NCBI GenBank assembly: GCA_030018435.1
Contig: JASEEY010000004.1
Span: 21,586-85,585, forward strand
Reading direction: 5' to 3'
DNA: 64,000 bases
Origin: Methanocellales archaeon
GTDB lineage: Archaea; Halobacteriota; UBA148; JAUWXC01
Of the stretch, positions 17,070 to 26,267 are shown in pieces (position 1 is the stretch's first letter; every line of letters begins with the position of its first letter). Made by a program: the position numbers and the translations under genes. A model generated the notes under the pieces. It saw only the letters and a program-made list of their open reading frames with translations, was not told the origin of the DNA and did no database searches.

Positions 17070-17954
17070 TTACTCTTTTATCCTATCCAGCTTCTTCATT
17101 ATCCTGATGGCCTCTTTTTCGTATTTGGATTTCAGGTCTTGGTACTCTGCTTTGTTAATCTTCTTGGCTTTATAGTCCCTCTCCAATTCGTTTAACACGG
17201 TAAGCAAAGCCGTCTTCTTCTTTTCCAGCGTCTTGGCATCCTCCCTCTCAAATAATTTAATCTCCTTGAACTTGATCTCTTTGCTCCTTAAGACTTGCAC
17301 TGCTATGAGTGCAGCTACGATGCAGATCACTCCTGCAAGCAAGATAGCATCATAACTCACCATCTCTGGCCCTTTTATGGTGAGGACGATTTTTTGCGGC
17401 ATTATGCTGGATCCAGACAAGTAGGCAACGTAGGCATCAAACTCCTCATTGTAGATGCTTGGACCCATGGCAACCAAAGGGGGCGCGGTTACATCTGCCT
17501 TCGTGGTGGTGATGACGACGACGGAGAGCAGTTGGGTGTAGTACCTCAACTCTTTCTCAACGGTGGTGCTTTTTTGCAGAACGCCAGACGTTTGCACATC
17601 TGGTTGGTATGCCACATTAATTTGAACTGTCTCATGAGGGTCTATCTTCGAATCCCAGTAGATGTTATCTCCTCTTTGTACATATGGGACTACAGTCAAA
17701 TTGCCCGCATCGTCTATCGGCATGGTGACCATGATATTGCGCGCTCCGGAGGGTAATGCCGCAACCAGCTCGCCGAAGAATGCGTCACCCCCTATATTAC
17801 TAAACGCCATGCTTTCATAGACGCGCGCCCTTTTATCGACCTGATGTACCATGATGGTGTGCTCACTGATGATTATGTTTTCAGGTTGAGCTGTGACGAC
17901 CGCCGGCAATAGCAACAAAAGTACAAAAAAGGGGAGAATGAGTTTTTTGGGCAT
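17070..17954 (-). CDS. Exported membrane-anchored protein with CcmI/CycH-like C-terminal helix pair
   Basis: Signal peptide, one C-terminal TM, then LNELERDYKAKKINKAEYQDLKSKY; abuts the ccmF C-part. Confidence 0.6.
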   Translation of the reverse strand: MPKKLILPFFVLLLLLPAVVTAQPENIIISEHTIMVHQVDKRARVYESMAFSNIGGDAFFGELVAALPSGARNIMVTMPIDDAGNLTVVPYVQRGDNIYWDSKIDPHETVQINVAYQPDVQTSGVLQKSTTVEKELRYYTQLLSVVVITTTKADVTAPPLVAMGPSIYNEEFDAYVAYLSGSSIMPQKIVLTIKGPEMVSYDAILLAGVICIVAALIAVQVLRSKEIKFKEIKLFEREDAKTLEKKKTALLTVLNELERDYKAKKINKAEYQDLKSKYEKEAIRIMKKLDRIKE

Positions 17955-18898
17955 TACGTCTCCTCTCTCAGTCTCCTGAGCTCTTCTCGTAACCTCTCCT
18001 CATATCTCCTTTTGACATCCTTGATCTTGGGTTTCATCACATAGTCCGTACAGGTCACTAGGGCAATACCAGAAGCCATTACAATAAGTCCGCCCCATAT
18101 GAAGTTAATCATCGGGACCACTCTCGCATAAAGGCTGACCGTTGGCGGAGAAACGCCCTTTAAGGCGATGTACAAATCCTCGGTGACGCCTCTCTTGGTA
18201 TAAACGATGGATTGCCACTGCCCCCAGTTCATATCATAGACCATTTTCGTCTGTCCTCTGTCTATCAGTTTGCCATCCTTGTAGATGTCAAAGTAGACGA
18301 TGCGCTCAAGTGACACCCTCTTCTGGATATGATCAAGTCTGATTACCGAGATGGTGTAATCGTGAAAGTTCCAGCTATCTCCCTCCTGAAGCTCCCTTGT
18401 CCCCTCAACATTAGAGGTCGTGCTGACGACCGCACCGAGCAGGATCAAGATGAGGCCCAGATGAATGAGATGAGGTCCCACTCCTCTGAGGGAGGCCTTG
18501 ATCGATTTTGGGTTGATCGCCCTGTAGATTTTATGCACGCCGCCCGCAAGACCGAAAACCAGAACTGGGAGAGATGCATTGAGGTAGAAATCCTTGAACG
18601 GATTTACAATGATGCAAATCACCGTAGCAGCGGTGGCGGTGGCGATAGCAGCGATCAATTTCTCGCCCTTAAAATACCTCAGCATGAGGCAGAGCCCCAG
18701 TAATATAAGGAGCGACAGCGTTGGTATAATGGTCCTCACATTGAAATAACCTGCCTCTAGGCGTACTTCCCCCCCTCCGGTTGCTGATATAAAGAGCGGC
18801 GTGATAAGGCCTATGAATAGTACTATGGCAATTATGGAGAGCACAATAATTGTCGCCAAAAAAACGTTACGATCGTTGAGATAATCATCGACGTTCAT
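17954..18898 (-). CDS. ccmF2: Cytochrome c biogenesis CcmF C-terminal part
   Basis: GPHLIHLGLILILLG, DLYIAL, VPMINFIWGG. Confidence 0.85.
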   Translation of the reverse strand: MNVDDYLNDRNVFLATIIVLSIIAIVLFIGLITPLFISATGGGEVRLEAGYFNVRTIIPTLSLLILLGLCLMLRYFKGEKLIAAIATATAATVICIIVNPFKDFYLNASLPVLVFGLAGGVHKIYRAINPKSIKASLRGVGPHLIHLGLILILLGAVVSTTSNVEGTRELQEGDSWNFHDYTISVIRLDHIQKRVSLERIVYFDIYKDGKLIDRGQTKMVYDMNWGQWQSIVYTKRGVTEDLYIALKGVSPPTVSLYARVVPMINFIWGGLIVMASGIALVTCTDYVMKPKIKDVKRRYEERLREELRRLREET

Positions 18899-18985
18899 AC
18901 TCAGAATGCCCCATATTGCTCAGCACAATGCATATATAAAACATGTGCTAATGGTTTTACGCTCTGAATAGGGTGTTATTTATAT

Positions 18986-19990
18986 ATGAATATTGGTACC
19001 CTTCTAATCCAACTCTCTTTCATCTTGGGGGCAGCCGCAACGGCATGCTCGATTTTAGCATATAAAAAAGGCGACTCAGGCTTGCGCAATCTATCTGGGA
19101 GCATTGGGGCTGGCTGTTTCATAACCACGACGGCAAGCATGCTTCTGTTGACATACTACCTGTTTGCAGTTAATTTGAGATATTCATATGTCGTCCAGCA
19201 TTCAAGTGTTGAACTGGCATGGTATTATCGAATAGCTGCGCTGTGGGCAGGACAAGAGGGCTCATTCCTCTTATGGACGTGGATGGTCCTGTTCGTCTTG
19301 GTGCTGATGCAGTACACAAACGTCTCCAGAGACGTGACAGATGCACCGGTCATGGACATCTCGCGATCGGTTACGCTTGCCGTTGCGACCTTCTTCTTGC
19401 TGGTCTTGGTCATCCAACAACCATTTCATTCTACAGACATGCCTGCGCTGTTTGGTTATGGCATGAATCCACTGCTCAGAAATCCCTGGATGGCGATTCA
19501 CCCCCCTGTATTATTCGCGGGCTATGCGTTGTTGACAATTCCATACGCTGGAGCTGTAGGCTACCTGCTTACGGATGATACAAAATGGACGGACATATCG
19601 AGATTCTGGGGCAGGCTTGCATGGCTTTTCCTGACGCTCGGCATCGGCATCGGAGGCTTCTGGGCGTATGAAGTTTTAGGCTGGGGGGCATGGTACTGGA
19701 GCTGGGATCCTGTCGAAACCTCATCATTGGTGCCATGGGTTACTGCAACTGCATTTCTGCACTGCCAGAACCGACTCCGGAGGGGGGAATACAAAATTGC
19801 AACGCCCCTATTAGCGGTAGTCTCCTTTATACTCGTGATATTTGCCACATTTGTGACACGCAGCGGATTATGGGCATCTGTTCACAGCTGGCAGGAGTTT
19901 GCGTTAGAGGGTCGAGTAGTCGCCATCTTCTTGTGTGCTCTCATAATTTCCAGCGCGTATCTACTCCTTAAAAAATACGTGTCAGGTTAG
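18986..19990 (+). CDS. ccmF1: Cytochrome c biogenesis CcmF N-terminal part
   Basis: WAGQEGSFLLW, NPLLRNPWMAIHPP, WGAWYWSWDPVETSSLVPW. Confidence 0.93.
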   Translation: MNIGTLLIQLSFILGAAATACSILAYKKGDSGLRNLSGSIGAGCFITTTASMLLLTYYLFAVNLRYSYVVQHSSVELAWYYRIAALWAGQEGSFLLWTWMVLFVLVLMQYTNVSRDVTDAPVMDISRSVTLAVATFFLLVLVIQQPFHSTDMPALFGYGMNPLLRNPWMAIHPPVLFAGYALLTIPYAGAVGYLLTDDTKWTDISRFWGRLAWLFLTLGIGIGGFWAYEVLGWGAWYWSWDPVETSSLVPWVTATAFLHCQNRLRRGEYKIATPLLAVVSFILVIFATFVTRSGLWASVHSWQEFALEGRVVAIFLCALIISSAYLLLKKYVSG

Positions 19991-20355
19991 CCGCCAACGT
20001 ATTTTGACGGACAGCCCATCACGATTTTCCTGGCCACTATTTTTTCGTTGGAGACCAGCGTTCCTATGACCACGACATCCTTCCCGCCGGCGAGGTTAAC
20101 CGGTTTTTCGCCAGTATATTCGACGTTTATGTCTGCACTCCTATCCGTAAGCACAAATGATGTGCTGGTCAGATTTACTTGAAGCGTGCCCTCCTTCACG
20201 ATGCCCTTTACCTGCACCTCTGTGCCTATGTACTGCGGATCAGATGCGACCTCTGATACGGTCAGGTACCCTGTTGTGCCGACGCCCCATATTCCTATGA
20301 TGCCTATTATGATAACAGCAATAAGCCCAATGACCACCTTATTTCTTTTTTTCAA
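19987..20355 (-). CDS. ccmE: Cytochrome c maturation protein CcmE (CxxxY variant)
   Basis: N-terminal TM, OB fold, GCPSKY. Confidence 0.92.
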   Translation of the reverse strand: MKKRNKVVIGLIAVIIIGIIGIWGVGTTGYLTVSEVASDPQYIGTEVQVKGIVKEGTLQVNLTSTSFVLTDRSADINVEYTGEKPVNLAGGKDVVVIGTLVSNEKIVARKIVMGCPSKYVGG

Positions 20356-20560
20356 TCTTCTCGCCCTCTATCCTCTCCAACTTTTTCGCTAATTTTACTC
20401 TCCTTCTTAGCAGAAGAAGTATGTAACAAATTAGCACGATCCATGTGATTGCGAATGCGCCTAGTAGGTATTTCATCACCTCATCTAATGACCGTTTTTA
20501 CCCTTAAACTTTTGTTCCGCCAATCCTTTAATCCAATGAAGGATAAAAAATCAGTTGACC

Positions 20561-21727
20561 ATGATGAATCGATATGATGTCGTAGTTGTGGGCGCAGGTC
20601 CTGCAGGAGCGACTGCTGCTAGACGCTGCTCCCTCTTTGGTCTATCCACTTTGTTAATAGAGGCGAAAAAACTGCCCAGACATAAACTATGCGGAGGAGC
20701 TGTAACCGAGAAAGCGCTAGCCGAGTTGGGATTTGCCCTTGACCATGACCTGATCGAAAGTGAAATCTACGGCGTAACCGTTAGCACGACAAAAGTGCCA
20801 CCATTTACCACCAGAAGCAATCGCAGGATTATGGTTCTGGTTTCCAGAGATAAATTCGATCACTTTCTTGCTAACAAGGCGGCAGATGCAGGCGCCGAGG
20901 TATTGGATGGGGAAAGGGTTGTAGGCGTTAGAGTCAATAATGAGGATGTTTCAATCAAGACGGATGGGCGTGAGATTCATTCCAAAATAGTCATAGGGGC
21001 GGATGGCATCAATTCCACCGTAGCCAGGGAAACGGGACTTAGGGAGAGGGTGCGCAAAGCGCTCTGCATGGTGACAGAGGTAAACGTCGATGTTGCACAA
21101 ATCACTGACCCCCGACTCATCAGGCTCTATTTTGGCGTGGTAAAGAATGGGTATGGATGGATATTTCCCAAGAGATATAGGCTAAACATCGGGGTGGGTT
21201 CACCACATCTTAGGTCCCAGGTATTTCACGAGTTCATAGGGCGTTTGGACTTAGGTCTTGATTTTTCGAAGCCGATGGCATATCACACACCGATTTGGCG
21301 CAAGGGCGAATTCGCAACTAAAAGGACGATGCTTGCAGGCGACGCTGCGGGCTTTGTGGACGCGTTTACTGGCGAGGGGATATGCTATGCGATAAAAAGC
21401 GGAAGGTTATGTGCTGAAACGGCTTTGGAGGCAGTTGCAAGTGGCGAATACTGTAGTACGCTGAAGAATTATGCTCGAAGATGTTGCCAAGAAATCGGGG
21501 CTGAACTGCGTTTAGCTTACTGGATGAACAAAATCATGAGTCTGAATTATGACTGGTGCCTTGGCATAGGGCGGGGCGATCCAACGGTGGCAAACAAATT
21601 CTTGGATGTTATTAGGGGGAATGCAACCTACAAAGAGCTCCTCCAGCATCTGATGGTCAGGGTGCCTGTTATGGAATTAAAGCATCTATCATCGAGGTTT
21701 GGGAAGCAAAAAGCAACTTTTAAATAG
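20561..21727 (+). CDS. Geranylgeranyl-reductase-family flavoprotein
   Basis: VVVGAGPAG, RHKLCGG, GYGWIFP, LAGDAAGFVDAFTGEGI. Confidence 0.9.
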   Translation: MMNRYDVVVVGAGPAGATAARRCSLFGLSTLLIEAKKLPRHKLCGGAVTEKALAELGFALDHDLIESEIYGVTVSTTKVPPFTTRSNRRIMVLVSRDKFDHFLANKAADAGAEVLDGERVVGVRVNNEDVSIKTDGREIHSKIVIGADGINSTVARETGLRERVRKALCMVTEVNVDVAQITDPRLIRLYFGVVKNGYGWIFPKRYRLNIGVGSPHLRSQVFHEFIGRLDLGLDFSKPMAYHTPIWRKGEFATKRTMLAGDAAGFVDAFTGEGICYAIKSGRLCAETALEAVASGEYCSTLKNYARRCCQEIGAELRLAYWMNKIMSLNYDWCLGIGRGDPTVANKFLDVIRGNATYKELLQHLMVRVPVMELKHLSSRFGKQKATFK

Positions 21728-21802
21728 GGTTGATATTATTTTGGCTTCATAAAGGGGTCGACGAAGAAGCTATCGACATCTGATTTTCTATTCAATTGGG
21801 GG

Positions 21803-22651
21803 ATGCCATCGGAGCGAACGCTTAAAAACCGAATTCTGGCTTTTATCAGTGAGCAGAGGCCGCCGGTGGTAATTATGGGCTATCCGATAGCGCTAGCGGG
21901 CGCCACATTAGCTCTTGGGAATCTGCCTACACCATTAGAAATGTTGCAGATATTTGTCGCCGTATATTTCATCGTCAGCAGCATGCATATAATCAATGGC
22001 GTAATCGATTTTGAAAGAGACAAGAAAAAGTGGCCCATGCGTCCGTTAGCAACAGGGCTGGTTGAGAGGCATGAATTTGTCATCTATGGAATCCTCATGG
22101 GAGCAATCGGCACCTTCTTGGCATATTACTGGTTCAACTGGCAATGTGCGCTAATAGTCGCTTTTGTAGTCATTACGGGCATGCTTTACATAAATTACCT
22201 TAGGGACAAAATTGGTTTCTTACCATTGATGTGGATTCTGGCCCTAATGCCGATTGGTGCATGGGTTGCATTCGCTCCTCAAACGGTATTTACGCCATTA
22301 CCATGGCTTCTTTATCTGTTCTTGGCGGTGCATCAGATAGGTCATATGGTGTCCGAGGAACTTCACGATCCAGAAACAAAAGGATTCATAATAGAGCCAG
22401 GACTGCAAAAAAGACCAATGCTCTATGTGCTCTCGATTCTTCTCATGCTCGTCGTCGGCGTCGTCATATACTTAAGCACGGCGCTTCACTGGATCTACTT
22501 GATGGCGTTATTCGCCCTCACGGCATTCTCTTTGATCTCGGCTGTACCGATGGTCAAAGAGCCGACGTCAACGGAGAATTTTAGAAAAGCTAACATGGTC
22601 ATAGTAAACTACAACATAGTATACTGGCTGGCGCTTGGAGTGATCCTTTAG
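21803..22651 (+). CDS. UbiA-family prenyltransferase (degenerate Asp motifs)
   Basis: Multi-TM; INGVIDFERDKKKWPMRPLATG matches NDxxDxxxD...RPL. Confidence 0.85.
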   Translation: MPSERTLKNRILAFISEQRPPVVIMGYPIALAGATLALGNLPTPLEMLQIFVAVYFIVSSMHIINGVIDFERDKKKWPMRPLATGLVERHEFVIYGILMGAIGTFLAYYWFNWQCALIVAFVVITGMLYINYLRDKIGFLPLMWILALMPIGAWVAFAPQTVFTPLPWLLYLFLAVHQIGHMVSEELHDPETKGFIIEPGLQKRPMLYVLSILLMLVVGVVIYLSTALHWIYLMALFALTAFSLISAVPMVKEPTSTENFRKANMVIVNYNIVYWLALGVIL

Positions 22652-22654
22652 AGC

Positions 22655-23272
22655 ATGGATGTCATAGATGCGATCCTAGGTAGAAGAAGCGTTCGAAAGT
22701 TCGGGGATGCCGAGGTCGAGGACGAGAAGGTAGATATCGTACTCGATGCGGGCAGATGGGCGCCATCTGGCATGAATAACCAGCCCTGGCAGTTCATCGT
22801 TGTTAGGGATAGGAAAACGATAGACAACATTGCGCAGTGCACCATCTACGATGACATAGTGGAGTCCGCAAATCTCTTGATTGCCGTTTTCCTGGACAAA
22901 GACGAAATGTACGACAGGACAGAGGACGTCATGGCGATCGGCGCGTGCACCCAGAACATGCTTCTGGCTGTGCATTCGTTGAGATTGGGCGCGGTCTGGC
23001 TGGGCGAGATACTCAAGGAGAAAGAGAAGGTCAACCGAATACACTTCGTTTAAGCTTCGCATACCACTTCGTTTAAGCTTCGCGTATTGAACGCGCCAGA
23101 TTCCCTGGAATTGATGGCCGTTCTCGCCATAGGATATATCGCAGATGAAACATCTGCGAGAGTTGTAATTCCTGCGGAATTTCAACACCCAGCAGAGAAG
23201 CCGACATCGACGAGAAAGACGCTGAGCGAGATAGTCCACAGGGAGCACTATTCTCGCAAACGATCACCCTAA
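22655..23272 (+). pseudogene. Nitroreductase-family gene interrupted by a 45-bp repeat insertion
   Basis: RRSVRKF, WAPSGMNNQPWQF; removing 23042-23086 restores ...VNRILNAPDSLELMAVLAIGY in frame. Confidence 0.9.
23040..23086 (-). mobile_element. Two-unit mini-hairpin repeat insertion with TA duplication
   Basis: cgaaTA-cacttcgtttaagcttcgcataccacttcgtttaagcttcgcg-TAttg. Confidence 0.8.
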
Positions 23273-23638
23273 ATACGTTTCCCAAACCTCTGCTCGCACA
23301 TCTCCATCTATTGTGTAGTGTTTCGATGACCTGTCGCGGGAGAGCACCTTCCGCTGGACATTGTACTCATTTTCTTTTATGATATCACCCAGCGGCATAC
23401 TCCTATTGCGCACTTGCTCTAAAAATGCAGGAGAATTATCCATCGGGATGAAGACCCTCGAGATGATCAGCGGTTTGCCCTCCAGAACAAACCTCGACTC
23501 TCTGACTATTGTACCATCTCTCTCGTGTTGTTCGACGATCTCAAACTTGGCGTTCTTGAATCTCTCCTTCATAAATTCGGTCGTGGACCGATTTGAGTTG
23601 ATCAGGTTCGAATACCAGGACATTTTCCGCTCCAACAT
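23264..23638 (-). CDS. Chorismate lyase (UbiC/DUF98)-like protein
   Basis: STTEFM, IVRES..LEGKPLIISR, MPLGDII pattern. Confidence 0.6.
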   Translation of the reverse strand: MLERKMSWYSNLINSNRSTTEFMKERFKNAKFEIVEQHERDGTIVRESRFVLEGKPLIISRVFIPMDNSPAFLEQVRNRSMPLGDIIKENEYNVQRKVLSRDRSSKHYTIDGDVRAEVWETYLG

Positions 23639-23687
23639 TCTTCAAAAACTATATATATGGTTTCATGCACGCATAAGATTGTAGACC

Positions 23688-23888
23688 ATGTGTAACGATG
23701 ACATTGAGGGTATAGGGGAGCAAGACCCAGAAAAGAACATTATTGGGATATGTGATAAATGTGGTGCTGATGTGGATGAGGCTGACGAGATGACATGCCC
23801 TGTATGTGGTGCCGTATTCCACGAATGGTGTATCAGAGACGTCTGTAGTAGGTGCGGGGCATCTTTCGAGTCAGAGACGCTTATCTAA
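23688..23888 (+). CDS. Small C4HC3 zinc-finger protein
   Basis: C22xxC25..C37xxC40xxxxH45xxC48xxxxC53xxC56. Confidence 0.6.
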   Translation: MCNDDIEGIGEQDPEKNIIGICDKCGADVDEADEMTCPVCGAVFHEWCIRDVCSRCGASFESETLI

Positions 23889-25407
23889 TCCTCGTCTCCG
23901 TGATATCCGGAACACGCTCAAGCACCATCCCCTCAACGATCACCGGCTCTCCTCGCCTCGCCTCCTTGACGGCATTCTCAAGTTTCCATGACTTTTCTGC
24001 ATATATCGTAATCAGCGTCTCGCCTTTTTCAACTGCCTCCCCCTTCTTTTTATGGATTACTATGCCAGCCTCTTTGTCAGCGGGCGCTCCTGCCGCTCTT
24101 GCAATTTCGATCAGGCGTTGGTTATCGAATTCGGTGGCATATCCATCTGTCGGAGAAAGCCACTCAGCCTTTTCGTCTCCGAGCTGAATCGTCTTTGAGG
24201 ATATGTTTGAATCACCACCCTGTGCCTCTATGATTTCTTTCAGCTTCTGAAGAGCCTTTCCAGAGCGCAGGATTTCTTCTGCCGCAGCCTTTCCGGCTCC
24301 CTGCGCAACACCACCCATTTCCAGCAGTATCCCGGCCAACGATGTGGATTTTTCAATGAGGCTGTGCGGTCCCTTCATGCTTTCCAGGACGCAAAGAGCT
24401 TCCTGCACTTCAAGTGCAGGGCCAATGGTTCTCCCGATTGGCCCTCCGCCGTACGTCATCACACACTCAACTGACATGTTCATGCGCTCGCCCAGCTCGA
24501 TGAAATCCCTTGCCATTTTCCTTCCCTCTGCTATGGTGTGCATCTTCGCTCCGCTGCCAGTCGGGATATCTATTACGACCGCATCCGCACCAACAGCGCA
24601 CTTTTTAGCCATTACCGAGGCGAGAACCTGACAATAGGGGTCAATCGAAAGCGGATACTCGACCTCGATGATCTCATCATCGGCAGGAGCGATGTTCGTG
24701 GCGCCGCCCCAAGCAATCACCCCTCCGACCTTTTCCGTAATCTTCTTGATCTCGTTCGCGGACAGGCTCACGGGCGCGAGAACCTCCATCAAGTCAGCGG
24801 TTCCGGCTGCGCCGGTAATTGCCCTGGAACTCGTTTTTGGTATCAGCAAACCTGCCGCTGCCACGATTGGAACGACTAAAAGCGAAACCTTGTTGCCTGG
24901 TACGCCTCCTATGCTGTGTTTGTCCACAACAGGATGCTTGTCAAACTCGATTCTCTCTCCTGTATCGACCATCGCCCTGGTCATCCATTCTATTTCATCC
25001 AAATCCATCCCATGGATGTGTGTGGATGTTACGAATGCCGTAAGTTCAGCATCGGTTAGATTTCCATCAACTATATCTTGGACGATGATGTGAAACTCCT
25101 CCTTATTGAGTTTGTTGCCATCCATCTTCTTCTTGATCAGCGCTATTGATTTGAGATGGGCTGCTGGCAGTATTTCGACTTGCTCGCCCTTTTTTATGCG
25201 TAGCTTCTTCCAGACCTCATCATAAATCCCAACCACGCCGCTGGGAAGCATCGTATCTGTCGTATCGACTACGGCGGTGACACTCTCCTTGTTTTTTACC
25301 TTGACCCTGTCTCCTGCCATGAGCCCCATCTCATTGACATCGAGAACGTTCATCACGACCTTGTATTCCTTTACCTCAATGTCGAAGTTTTTCACTTTAA
25401 ATTTCAT
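23881..25407 (-). CDS. AMP phosphorylase
   Basis: DKHSIGGVPGNK, PKTSSRAITGAAGTAD, VIDIPTG; N-terminal extra domain as in archaeal AMPpases. Confidence 0.93.
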   Translation of the reverse strand: MKFKVKNFDIEVKEYKVVMNVLDVNEMGLMAGDRVKVKNKESVTAVVDTTDTMLPSGVVGIYDEVWKKLRIKKGEQVEILPAAHLKSIALIKKKMDGNKLNKEEFHIIVQDIVDGNLTDAELTAFVTSTHIHGMDLDEIEWMTRAMVDTGERIEFDKHPVVDKHSIGGVPGNKVSLLVVPIVAAAGLLIPKTSSRAITGAAGTADLMEVLAPVSLSANEIKKITEKVGGVIAWGGATNIAPADDEIIEVEYPLSIDPYCQVLASVMAKKCAVGADAVVIDIPTGSGAKMHTIAEGRKMARDFIELGERMNMSVECVMTYGGGPIGRTIGPALEVQEALCVLESMKGPHSLIEKSTSLAGILLEMGGVAQGAGKAAAEEILRSGKALQKLKEIIEAQGGDSNISSKTIQLGDEKAEWLSPTDGYATEFDNQRLIEIARAAGAPADKEAGIVIHKKKGEAVEKGETLITIYAEKSWKLENAVKEARRGEPVIVEGMVLERVPDITETRIR

Positions 25408-25497
25408 GACACCCACTCTTCTGCGCTCCAATCTAAAATCTTTTTGCTGGAGATAAATTTAAATAAAAGGTTAGGGGATTTAAATACTAGTGATAGA

Positions 25498-26265
25498 ATG
25501 AGGCGATTGGTAGGGGTGACAATCATTTTGATGATGCTTGCAACACTGGCAATGCCAGCGGTGGCGCAGGATGAGGAGGCGAGGGTAACCATTCCGCCAG
25601 GTCATGTGCTGTATCGTTTTAAGTTATGGTGGGAAAACTGGGACGAGGATCACGATTTTCTCATAATTCCAGCGAGCAATGAATCCAGGGTAAGGGCAAG
25701 AATCTTTTATGCCGAGCGCAGGATGAACGAGTTAAGATGGTGCTATGAGAACAATAGGACGGAGTACATCGATAACGTTACTGAGGATTATAGGTACCGG
25801 ATCAGAGAGCGCGACAGGCTGGTGAGCGGATCAACAGACGTCAACCCAGAGCTTCTGCAGCATCTAGAAGAGGTGCATCAGATACACATAACGAAACTGG
25901 AAGCGGTCAAGGAAAGAATCGCTGCCAACCCCAATATCCCCGATGAAAATAAGGAAATGATAGTGGCGCACATCGACCATGCCATTAACGAAAGCCAGAA
26001 ATCAAGATGGTATATGTGTCAGTACCGCTGGTGGAGGGAAGAAGTAGAGGAATATGGCAATCTAACCCCGCCAGGATACCCGCCTATGGCGATATGTCCA
26101 GAACATCCTGAGACGCTGATGGGTGTAGAAGAGTGTCCTTCATGTCATGATATCAATATGACTTGTAACAGGTGGACAGAGCAAATTCAGAGGCATGGCA
26201 TGGAGAACATTTCAGAGAACGTGTCACAGATGATATACATGCCCATTCGGCGCGGGGAGCGATGA
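25498..26265 (+). CDS. Secreted DUF5667-like protein with a CxxCH motif
   Basis: Signal peptide; PGHVLYRFKLWWE...AERRMNEL; CPSCH near the C-terminus. Confidence 0.6.
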   Translation: MRRLVGVTIILMMLATLAMPAVAQDEEARVTIPPGHVLYRFKLWWENWDEDHDFLIIPASNESRVRARIFYAERRMNELRWCYENNRTEYIDNVTEDYRYRIRERDRLVSGSTDVNPELLQHLEEVHQIHITKLEAVKERIAANPNIPDENKEMIVAHIDHAINESQKSRWYMCQYRWWREEVEEYGNLTPPGYPPMAICPEHPETLMGVEECPSCHDINMTCNRWTEQIQRHGMENISENVSQMIYMPIRRGER

Positions 26266-26267
26266 TG

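Noticed and set aside
22676-23248. 190-aa antisense ORF spanning the repeat insertion
   Set aside because: Shadow of the nitroreductase with no recognisable motif.
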